Source: Clostridium sp. 26_21
GTDB lineage: Bacteria > Bacillota > Clostridia > TANB77 > CAG-508
Direction: 5' to 3'
DNA: 64,000 nt
Assembly (NCBI GenBank): GCA_001915995.1
Contig: MNRO01000008.1
Coordinates: 44,099 to 108,098, forward strand
Shown piece by piece: positions 19,984 through 28,051 of the stretch (position 1 is the stretch's first letter; every line of letters starts with the position of its first letter). A model generated the notes under the pieces. The model had not been told where the DNA came from, made no database searches, and saw nothing but the letters and a program-made list of their open reading frames with translations. A program made the position numbers and the translations under genes.

Positions 19984-20148
19984 AAAATATAAGCTTTGCA
20001 TGAAATGACGAATGCGCATGAAAAAATTTTAGAAATTCTATGTAATTTTATGGAAAGAGTTCACTTTAGTGGAAGGGTGCCATAAAATAAATTAGAATTT
20101 CTTAAATTTTGTAATAAGTTGAGGAATGTAATAAAAAGCTTATATTTT
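19984..20148 (+). repeat. copy 2 of the ~165-bp structured intergenic repeat
   Basis: A perfect 14-bp terminal inverted repeat AAAATATAAGCTTT...AAAGCTTATATTTT. The internal sequence is about 94% identical to copy 1. Confidence 0.8.
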
Positions 20149-20256
20149 TAGTTATTAATTTAGAATTATATATAAAATTTTTATAAAAGGCTTTAAATTT
20201 AAAACAAAAAGATGTAAAATGTGAAAGAAAAAAAATAAATCAATGGGGGGATTTAT

Positions 20257-22470
20257 ATGGCAGAAAATCATACAATAAAAGAGATTATTGAAAGAGTAAA
20301 AAAGAACAAAAGATGGCCAGATGTAAAACTAATACAAAAAGCATATAACTATGCTTTAGAAAAACATGGAACACAACTAAGAAAATCAGGTGAACCATAT
20401 ATAATACACCCAACAAATGTAGCATATACGATTGCTGAACTTGGACTAGATGAACAAACAATATGTGCAGCACTCTTGCATGATGTAGTAGAAGATACAG
20501 AGGTAACATATGAAGATATAGAAAGAGAATTTGGAAAAGAAATTGCAGATATGGTTGATGGTGTTACAAAATTAAAACAAATAGGACATGCATCAATTGA
20601 AGAAAATCAAGTAGAAAATTATAGAAAAATGTTCTTAGCAATGGGAAAAGACATAAGAGTAATAATCATAAAGTTAGCAGATAGATTACACAATATGAGA
20701 ACATTAGAATTTTTAAGAAGAGATAGACAAATAGCAATATCAACAGAAACAATGCAATTATATGCACCATTAGCAAACAGACTTGGTCTATATTCAATGA
20801 AATGGGAATTAGAAGATTTAAGCTTTAAATATTTATATCCAAAAGAATATGAAGAGTTAATAAAAGGAATAGAGCAAAAAAGAGAAGAAAGACTAAGATT
20901 TATTGAGAAAATAATGGATGACATAAGACAACAATTGAAAAAGGAACATATTGAGGCAGAAGTTACAGGAAGAGCAAAACATTTATATAGTATATATAGA
21001 AAAATGCAAAGAGACAATAAAACATTAGATCAAATATATGACCTATTTGCATTAAGAATAATAGTAAATTCTGTAAAAGACTGTTATGCGGCATTAGGTG
21101 TAGTACATGAAATGTATAGTCCAATGCCAGGAAGATTTAAAGATTATATAGCAGTTCCAAAAACAAATATGTATCAATCAATACATACAACATTATTAGG
21201 AGAAAAAGGAACACCATTTGAAGTACAAATACGTACATGGGATATGCATAGAATTGCTGAATATGGTATTGCTGCACATTGGGCATATAAAGAAGCAAAT
21301 TATGGAAGTAGAAAAGGACAAAAAGTAGTAAAAGTACAAGATGATAAATTAGCATGGCTTAGAGAAACACTAGAATGGCAACAAGAAATGCAAGATCCAC
21401 AACAATTCTTAGAAACACTAAAAACAGAATTATTTGAAGACGAAGTATATGTATTCACACCAAAGGGAGCAATAAAAGTATTACCAAGAGGTGCAACACC
21501 AATAGATTTTGCATATAATATTCATGCTGAAATTGGAAATAAAATGGTTGGAGCCAAAATCAACAGTAAAATGGTTCCAATAATAACACCAATAAAAAAT
21601 GGAGATATCGTAGAAATTTTAACATCAGATAATTCTAAAGGTCCAAGTATGGATTGGTTAAAATTTGTAAAAAGTACATCTGCAAAAAGCAAAATAAATT
21701 CTTGGTTTAAAAAAGAAAAAAGAGAAGAAAATATAGAAAAAGGAAAAGACTTAATTGAAAAAGAATTAAAAAGAATTGGAATTTCATATGCAGAACTTTT
21801 CAAAACAGATTATATAAATCCAATGTTAGAAAGATATAAATATAAAAATTTAGATGAAATGTATTTAGCAGTTGGATTTGGAGCAATTACAGCAAACAGA
21901 ATAATTGCAAGAATGTTAATAGAATATAGAAAAGAACATAAAGAAGAGCCAAAAATAGAAGAAAAAATAGAAGAACTTGCAAAAAATAAAATAGATAATA
22001 CAAAAGTATCTGATTCAGGTGTTATTGTAAAAGGAATTGATAATTGTTTAGTAAAATTATCAAAATGTTGTAATCCATTACCAGGAGACGAAATAATAGG
22101 ATATATAACAAAAGGTAGAGGAGTATCTGTTCATAGAAAAGATTGTCCAAATGTTGCAGATTTATTAAAAGAGCAAAACAGAATAATAGATGTAAAATGG
22201 TATAATGATGAGAAAAAGAGTTCATATACTGTTGAAATTGAGATATTTGCAAATGATAGAAATGGATTATTAGGAGATATAGTACAAAAATTAAATGACT
22301 CAAAAGTAAGATTAATAAGTGTAAATGCAAAAGCAACAAAAGAAAGAATTGCTATAACAGAAGTTACACTAGAAGTAGATAGTGTAGAAAGTTTAAATAA
22401 AGTAATAAGAGAATTACGTAAAATAGATAGTGTATATGAAGTAAGTAGAAAAAACAAAATGAAGGAATAA
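20257..22470 (+). CDS. relA: bifunctional (p)ppGpp synthetase/hydrolase RelA/SpoT
   Basis: HD hydrolase domain (HDVVEDT), a synthetase domain, and TGS and ACT domains. 737 aa. GGGGGG RBS. Confidence 0.92.
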   Translation: MAENHTIKEIIERVKKNKRWPDVKLIQKAYNYALEKHGTQLRKSGEPYIIHPTNVAYTIAELGLDEQTICAALLHDVVEDTEVTYEDIEREFGKEIADMVDGVTKLKQIGHASIEENQVENYRKMFLAMGKDIRVIIIKLADRLHNMRTLEFLRRDRQIAISTETMQLYAPLANRLGLYSMKWELEDLSFKYLYPKEYEELIKGIEQKREERLRFIEKIMDDIRQQLKKEHIEAEVTGRAKHLYSIYRKMQRDNKTLDQIYDLFALRIIVNSVKDCYAALGVVHEMYSPMPGRFKDYIAVPKTNMYQSIHTTLLGEKGTPFEVQIRTWDMHRIAEYGIAAHWAYKEANYGSRKGQKVVKVQDDKLAWLRETLEWQQEMQDPQQFLETLKTELFEDEVYVFTPKGAIKVLPRGATPIDFAYNIHAEIGNKMVGAKINSKMVPIITPIKNGDIVEILTSDNSKGPSMDWLKFVKSTSAKSKINSWFKKEKREENIEKGKDLIEKELKRIGISYAELFKTDYINPMLERYKYKNLDEMYLAVGFGAITANRIIARMLIEYRKEHKEEPKIEEKIEELAKNKIDNTKVSDSGVIVKGIDNCLVKLSKCCNPLPGDEIIGYITKGRGVSVHRKDCPNVADLLKEQNRIIDVKWYNDEKKSSYTVEIEIFANDRNGLLGDIVQKLNDSKVRLISVNAKATKERIAITEVTLEVDSVESLNKVIRELRKIDSVYEVSRKNKMKE

Positions 22471-22482
22471 GGGGAGAAAAAA

Positions 22483-23130
22483 ATGATATTAAAAGAACTA
22501 AGGATAGACTCATGGGTTGGAGATGTAACAAATTGTTATATTGTACAAGACGAGAAATCAAAAGAAACAATGGTAATAGATCCTGCGGGAGATGTTGACA
22601 AAATTGTAGAAATGTTAGATATATTAAATGCCAATTTAAAATATATTTATTTAACACATTGTCATGGAGACCATATTGGAGGAGTAAAAGAATTAAAAGA
22701 AAGAAAAGGTGGAAAAATATTAGCACATAGAAATACAGCAGAAAATTTATTAGATCCTAACATAAGTTTAACAACATATATAGGACTTGATGGATTAGTT
22801 ATTAAAGTTGATTCAAGAGTTGATGATGGAGATTTAATACATTTAGGAAATCTTGAATTTAGAGTAATACACACACCAGGGCATACTTCAGGAGGTTCTT
22901 GTTTATATTGTGAAGAAGAAAAATTATTATTTTCAGGAGACACATTATTTAGAGGAACTTGGGGAAGAACAGATGTACCAACAGGAAATTTTGAAGATGT
23001 TATAAATTCAATTACCAAAAAACTAATGATATTACCAGATGAAACAATTGTATATCCAGGGCATGGTAAAAGTACAATGATAAGAGAAGAAAAGCCAATT
23101 TATTTAGAACTAAAACCAAGATTATTATAG
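22483..23130 (+). CDS. MBL-fold metallo-hydrolase
   Basis: THCHGDHIGG motif and downstream His and Asp ligands. About 215 aa. It starts 13 nt after relA. Confidence 0.8.
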   Translation: MILKELRIDSWVGDVTNCYIVQDEKSKETMVIDPAGDVDKIVEMLDILNANLKYIYLTHCHGDHIGGVKELKERKGGKILAHRNTAENLLDPNISLTTYIGLDGLVIKVDSRVDDGDLIHLGNLEFRVIHTPGHTSGGSCLYCEEEKLLFSGDTLFRGTWGRTDVPTGNFEDVINSITKKLMILPDETIVYPGHGKSTMIREEKPIYLELKPRLL

Positions 23131-23194
23131 TTCTAAAATACTTGTAACAAACATATAATATATATAAGAGAAATTCAAAAGAAGGGTATGTTAT

Positions 23195-24364
23195 ATGTTT
23201 AATGTTACAATAATAAATGCAAAAAGTTCAATTAAAAAAGTAGCAATATTAATAATAACTTTAATATTGCTTTTTATTATTACAAAGTTTATGCAAAATT
23301 TAAAATCAAAAGAAATCTTTAGAATAAATATATCTAATAAATTAGTAAAATGTTTAAATAATGAAATACCTGCTATAAATGAAATTGTTTCAAAATCAAA
23401 TACAACAATAAAAGAGGAAAATGAGGAAGATACAAAAGATTTTTCAGAAAGAATATTAGGTGTTGAACTTTCTAAATTAAAAGAAAGTGAAAAAATAGAA
23501 GAAAATTTAGTAGAAACACCAAGTGAAAATATAGAAAATAAGCCTGTTGAAGAAGAAAAAGATGATAATGAATCAAATGTAGATGTAAGTAATATACTAG
23601 AAAATGTAGAAACACAAATAGTAACCCAAAATTCAATATCAGAAAGCTTTAACAATGAAATAAATGGTGTAAAAATAAAAAATGAAACATCATTTGATAT
23701 AACAGATGATATTGTGAATACAGAATTAGACATAAACAAAAATAATATATTAATATTTCACACACACACATGTGAAAGTTATACACCAAGTGAAACATAT
23801 CCATATGAACAAACAGGAAATTTTAGAACAACAGATTTAAATTATACTGTTGCAAGATTAGGAGATGAACTTACAAATTATTTACTTGGATTTGGATTTA
23901 ATGTAAATCATGACAAAACATATCATGATTATCCTGCATATACAGGCTCATATACTAGATCATTAGAAAGTGTAAAAAAAGATTTGCAAGAAAATCCGAG
24001 TGATATAATAATAGATTTACATAGAGATGCAATTGGAAGTAAAAGTAATTATGATCCAAGTGTTAAAATAGGTGATGATGTTGCATCACAATTAATGTTT
24101 GTAATAGGAACAAATGGAGGAGGATTATATCATCCCAATTGGCAAAACAATCTTAGATTTGCAATAAAAGTTCAAGAAATTGCAAATGAAATGTATCCAG
24201 GATTATTTAAACCAATGATAGTAAGAAATTCAAGATATAATCAACATTTAGGAAAAGCAGCAGTAATAATAGAAGTTGGTTCAACAGGAAATACATTAGA
24301 ACAAAGTTTAACAAGTATGAAATATTTAGCAAAAGTATTTGAAAAAATAAAGAGTCCCAATTAA
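23195..24364 (+). CDS. spoIIP: stage II sporulation protein P (SpoIIP family)
   Basis: N-terminal TM helix, then IFHTHTCESY and GNTLEQSLT. The DLHRDAIG and AAVIIEVGS regions are typical of SpoIIP. Confidence 0.8.
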   Translation: MFNVTIINAKSSIKKVAILIITLILLFIITKFMQNLKSKEIFRINISNKLVKCLNNEIPAINEIVSKSNTTIKEENEEDTKDFSERILGVELSKLKESEKIEENLVETPSENIENKPVEEEKDDNESNVDVSNILENVETQIVTQNSISESFNNEINGVKIKNETSFDITDDIVNTELDINKNNILIFHTHTCESYTPSETYPYEQTGNFRTTDLNYTVARLGDELTNYLLGFGFNVNHDKTYHDYPAYTGSYTRSLESVKKDLQENPSDIIIDLHRDAIGSKSNYDPSVKIGDDVASQLMFVIGTNGGGLYHPNWQNNLRFAIKVQEIANEMYPGLFKPMIVRNSRYNQHLGKAAVIIEVGSTGNTLEQSLTSMKYLAKVFEKIKSPN

Positions 24365-24388
24365 AGCAAATTTAGTTGGGACTTTTAT
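24353..24388 (+). terminator. rho-independent terminator after spoIIP
   Basis: AGTCCCAA-loop-TTGGGACT followed by TTTTAT. Confidence 0.65.
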
Positions 24389-24497
24389 AATATGCACATT
24401 CAGAATTAGAGCATATTATTATATTAGAAATAATATCATAAGAACATTTTCCATCTTTTTGATAAACACAATCTAAACAACAATTGATATTTGTCAA
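24372..24497 (-). CDS. possible tiny Cys-rich protein (41 aa), speculative
   Basis: On the minus strand, AGAGGTG sits 6 nt before TTG. Translation MTNINCCLDCVYQKDGKCSYDIISNIIICSNSECAYYKSPN has 7 Cys. It is not in the ORF track because it is below the size cutoff. Confidence 0.3.
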   Translation of the reverse strand: MTNINCCLDCVYQKDGKCSYDIISNIIICSNSECAYYKSPN

Positions 24498-24616
24498 AGA
24501 TATCACCTCTTACTAAAATAGTATAAACAAAAGTGAAAAAAATATTCAAAAAAGTAATAAAATAAATTAAATGTCCATATAAATTAATAAACAAAAATAT
24601 ATAGGAGGTTATTCAT

Positions 24617-26158
24617 ATGGATATAACAAAAGAAACTATAAAAATTAATAAGATAATTTGTGAGAAAAAAGAACAAATAGTGGTTCAAGGAGATATGATA
24701 GTTCCAGACTCAAAACCAGATATATTAAATACAATTAATACAGATGGAAATATCTGTATATATAAAAAAGAAGTTATGGACGGAAAATTAAGATTAGAAG
24801 GAAATATTGTTTCATATATAATGTATTTAGCAGATGGAGATAAAAATAATTTAAGAGGATTAAATACAACACTTGATTTTTCAGAAACAATAGTTGTTCC
24901 AGAATTACAAATAGGAATGATTGTTGATATTGAACCAAATATAAAAAATTTTGAATGTAAAGTAATAAATGGAAGAAAAATAGGAATAAAGGCAAATGTG
25001 GAAATTTCAATAAGAATACGTTTACCTGAAGAAGCGGAAATAACAACAAATGTAAATGATGTTAATATGCAAATTTTAAGTAAAAAAGAAAAAATAAATT
25101 CATTATTATGTGAAGGAAATAATAAAACATATGTAAAAGAAAATGTAGCAATTCCAAACACAGACAATTTAGCAGAGATATTAAATGCAACAATAAGTTT
25201 AATTGATAAAGATATAAAAATAAGTTATAACAAAATACTTGCAAAATCAGAAATAGAATTAAAACTTGTGTATTTAACAGATGATGGAAGAATTTGTAAA
25301 ACAATAGGCAGAGTTCCATTAGTTGGTTTTATAGATATGCCAGATATCAAAGAAGAAAATATATGTGATACAACATATTTAATAAAAAATTTAATAATAA
25401 AACCAAATTCAATAGAAGAACATACAGTTTATTTAGAGGTCGAAGTTGAGATAAATTGTATTTCATATGAAGAAAAAGAAATACAAGTAATACAAGATTT
25501 ATATTGCCCAGGCGAAAAAGTAAATTATGATTTAAAAACATTAAAAACAACATCAGATAGAAAAACATTGAAAAATATATGTCAAATAAGAGAAAAAGTA
25601 AATATGACTGAAATTGGAAATGGAGAAATTATAAATACATCAATACGAACATCTATAAACAAAGAAAATAGATTAAGTGGAAAAATAGTTTTAGAAGGAG
25701 AGATGGAAGTAAATTTAATATATACAGATACATCAACAATAGGAGTAAATAGTAAAACAATAACAATACCATTTACTCAAACAATAGAAGGAGTAGAAAA
25801 CAATTGTAATATAACTACAAGAATAGAAGTTGGAACACAAGAATTTATAAATCAGAGTGGAATAATTGATGCAAATGTAGATTTAAATTTTGAAACATTG
25901 ACATATAGAAATGTTGAGATACCAGCAATTAATAATATAACAGAAGAAATTGAAGATGATTTAGAAGATTATAGTGTTATAATATATGTTGTAAAAGATG
26001 GAGATACATTATGGAAAATTGCTAAAAAACATGGAAGTACAGTTGATGACATAGTTAGAGTAAATGGAATTGAAAATCCTGATAAAATTAATATTGGAGA
26101 AAAAATATATATACCTAAATATGTACTAAAAAGAGCAAAAGATCCAATAGTAATATAA
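24617..26158 (+). CDS. DUF3794 repeat protein with a C-terminal LysM domain (SipL-like sporulation protein)
   Basis: Repeated DUF3794-like beta units across residues 1-440. The C-terminus YVVKDGDTLWKIAKKHGSTVDDIVRVNGIENPDKINIGEKIYIP is a LysM domain. AGGAGG RBS. Confidence 0.7.
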   Translation: MDITKETIKINKIICEKKEQIVVQGDMIVPDSKPDILNTINTDGNICIYKKEVMDGKLRLEGNIVSYIMYLADGDKNNLRGLNTTLDFSETIVVPELQIGMIVDIEPNIKNFECKVINGRKIGIKANVEISIRIRLPEEAEITTNVNDVNMQILSKKEKINSLLCEGNNKTYVKENVAIPNTDNLAEILNATISLIDKDIKISYNKILAKSEIELKLVYLTDDGRICKTIGRVPLVGFIDMPDIKEENICDTTYLIKNLIIKPNSIEEHTVYLEVEVEINCISYEEKEIQVIQDLYCPGEKVNYDLKTLKTTSDRKTLKNICQIREKVNMTEIGNGEIINTSIRTSINKENRLSGKIVLEGEMEVNLIYTDTSTIGVNSKTITIPFTQTIEGVENNCNITTRIEVGTQEFINQSGIIDANVDLNFETLTYRNVEIPAINNITEEIEDDLEDYSVIIYVVKDGDTLWKIAKKHGSTVDDIVRVNGIENPDKINIGEKIYIPKYVLKRAKDPIVI

Positions 26159-26159
26159 T

Positions 26160-26888
26160 ATGGATAAAATTTATTCAAGAAAAAGGTTTATAATAAAGCC
26201 TATTGGCAGATTTCGTGGAAAAAATGCCAATTTTAAAAATATAAAATTAGCAAAAAAGATTATAAAATTCATATCAATAATTTTAATTGGGGTATATGGA
26301 TTTAAAATTGGATTTGATTATTTAGAGCCAGTATATGAAGCAATGTGTAATGAAAAAGTTAAATATACAGCAACAATTATAACAAATCAACAATCAACAA
26401 TAGTAATGAAACAATATAAATATGAAGAATTATATACAATTGAAAAAGATTCAAATGGAAATGTATCTGCTATAAAATCAAATGTAGCAGTAGTAAATAA
26501 TATTATTTCAGACTTAACAGAAAAAATACAACAAGAATTTGAAAAAATACCAACAGAAAAAATTTATATAACATTAGGAAATTTGACAGGAAACTATCTA
26601 TTATCAGGATTTGGACCAAGAATACCTATAAAAATTTCTATGACAGGAAGTGTTGATACAGAAATAAAAAGTGAATTTATTTCACAAGGAATAAACCAAA
26701 CATTGCATAGGGTATATGTTAATTTTAATTGTGACATGGCTGTTGTAACACCAATGAAAAGATATAATCAAAATGTGGTAAATCAATTTATTATTGCAGA
26801 ACATGTTATTGTTGGAAATATTCCAAATGCGTATTATAATTTAGAAGGAATTGAAAAACCATCAAATACAATAAATCTAATGAAATAA
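26160..26888 (+). CDS. yunB: sporulation protein YunB family
   Basis: N-terminal TM helix. The conserved block GPRIPIKISMTGSVDTEIKSEFISQGINQTLHRVYVNF is typical of YunB. About 240 aa. Confidence 0.6.
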   Translation: MDKIYSRKRFIIKPIGRFRGKNANFKNIKLAKKIIKFISIILIGVYGFKIGFDYLEPVYEAMCNEKVKYTATIITNQQSTIVMKQYKYEELYTIEKDSNGNVSAIKSNVAVVNNIISDLTEKIQQEFEKIPTEKIYITLGNLTGNYLLSGFGPRIPIKISMTGSVDTEIKSEFISQGINQTLHRVYVNFNCDMAVVTPMKRYNQNVVNQFIIAEHVIVGNIPNAYYNLEGIEKPSNTINLMK

Positions 26889-26951
26889 ATATTGACTAAA
26901 GCCTAAAATTGTTATATTATCAAAATAATAAAAAGCAAAGGAGGGCTTTTG

Positions 26952-27605
26952 ATGATTATCGAAGTTCCAAAAGGCTATACATTCGTAAAGGATGGAGATA
27001 TTATTGCATTTGAAGAAAAAGCTGTTTTAAAGATGAAAGGACGGCAAGGAAAATTTCAAGATATAATGTATGATATAACTTATAGGTTGAAAGGAAGTAA
27101 TAGATGTTATTATTGTGGAGAAGAGGTAAAACCAAATAAAATAACATTAGATCATGTTTATCCACAAGCATTAGGCGGACCAACTATTCCACAAAACATG
27201 GTACCATCTTGCAGAAATTGCAATGGAAAAAAAGAAGATATGACACCAAATCAATTTAGAGCATACCTTAATTTAAAAGATCCAGGTTTGCAAGCACAAT
27301 TTAGGAGAGAGTATTTCCAAACTAAGACATTTCAAACAAGATGGGTACATATTTTGCCAGAAGGTTGGATTAGTGAAACACCTATATCTGATTTAATTGT
27401 AACAATTGATTTATCAGATACAAGTACAAATAAGTATAAAAAGATCAAAGAATATTATGCTAGATGTAGGCAGTTTCCAAAACCAATTATAGTTGATTGT
27501 CACAACTTTGTACTTGATGGTTTTACAGCAGTTCTTTATGCAAAAAATAATCGGATAAAAGAAATACCAACTATTGTTCTTGAAAATGTTGAAGTAATAT
27601 TTTAA
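26952..27605 (+). CDS. HNH endonuclease fused to a C-terminal ParB/Srx-like domain
   Basis: HNH core CYYCG...ITLDHVYPQALGG...NMVPSCRNCNGKK. The C-terminal PIIVDCHNFVLDGFTAVLYAKNNRIKEIPTIVLE resembles the ParB N-terminal nuclease fold. AAGGAGGG RBS 7 nt before ATG 26952. Confidence 0.65.
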   Translation: MIIEVPKGYTFVKDGDIIAFEEKAVLKMKGRQGKFQDIMYDITYRLKGSNRCYYCGEEVKPNKITLDHVYPQALGGPTIPQNMVPSCRNCNGKKEDMTPNQFRAYLNLKDPGLQAQFRREYFQTKTFQTRWVHILPEGWISETPISDLIVTIDLSDTSTNKYKKIKEYYARCRQFPKPIIVDCHNFVLDGFTAVLYAKNNRIKEIPTIVLENVEVIF

Positions 27606-27680
27606 ATAGCTTAGTGCCATGAGTTATAATAAATATAGCTTGTGGTACTTTTTGTTTGGAAAGAAAAATACAAAAAACAA

Positions 27681-27709
27681 TTGACGAATTAAAATAAATA
27701 TGATATAAA
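27681..27709 (+). promoter_or_regulatory. sigma-A promoter for tRNA-Glu
   Basis: TTGACG, a 17-nt spacer, then TATAAA, about 20 nt upstream of the tRNA 5' end. Confidence 0.55.
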
Positions 27710-27728
27710 TAATAAGTATTGTAAATAT

Positions 27729-27803
27729 GGCCCGTTGGTCAAGCGGCTAAGACGCCACCCTCTCAAGGTGGAATCATGAGTTCGATTCTCGTACGGGTCA
27801 CCA
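27729..27803 (+). tRNA. tRNA-Glu, anticodon read as CUC
   Basis: 75 nt with a cloverleaf, T-loop TTCGATT and a 3' CCA. The backbone is nearly identical to Bacillus tRNA-Glu (GGCCCGTTGGTCAAGCGG...GTACGGGTCACCA). The anticodon loop CTCTCAA gives CUC. Confidence 0.85.
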
Positions 27804-27894
27804 GAATTTTATATTTAAGAGGGAGTAGTTTTAAATTGTTAATCAACAACCGCGATTCAAAAAATCTGGTTAACAAGCTTCAAAAAAAGTAAAC

Positions 27895-27957
27895 GAGACT
27901 TTTAAAGAAAGGATATAATAAATTAATTATATTTTTTCTTTAAAAGTCTTTATTTGT
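27895..27957 (+). terminator. long hairpin terminator after tRNA-Glu
   Basis: GAGACTTTTAAAGAAA-loop-TTTCTTTAAAAGTCT followed by TTATTTG. Confidence 0.5.
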
Positions 27958-28051
27958 TCTAAAATACATAAATAAGAATAAATATTATATGTATAACTTT
28001 AGAACTAAAGTAAAAAGGCTAAAATACAATTAGAAAAGAGAGGTAATTAGT

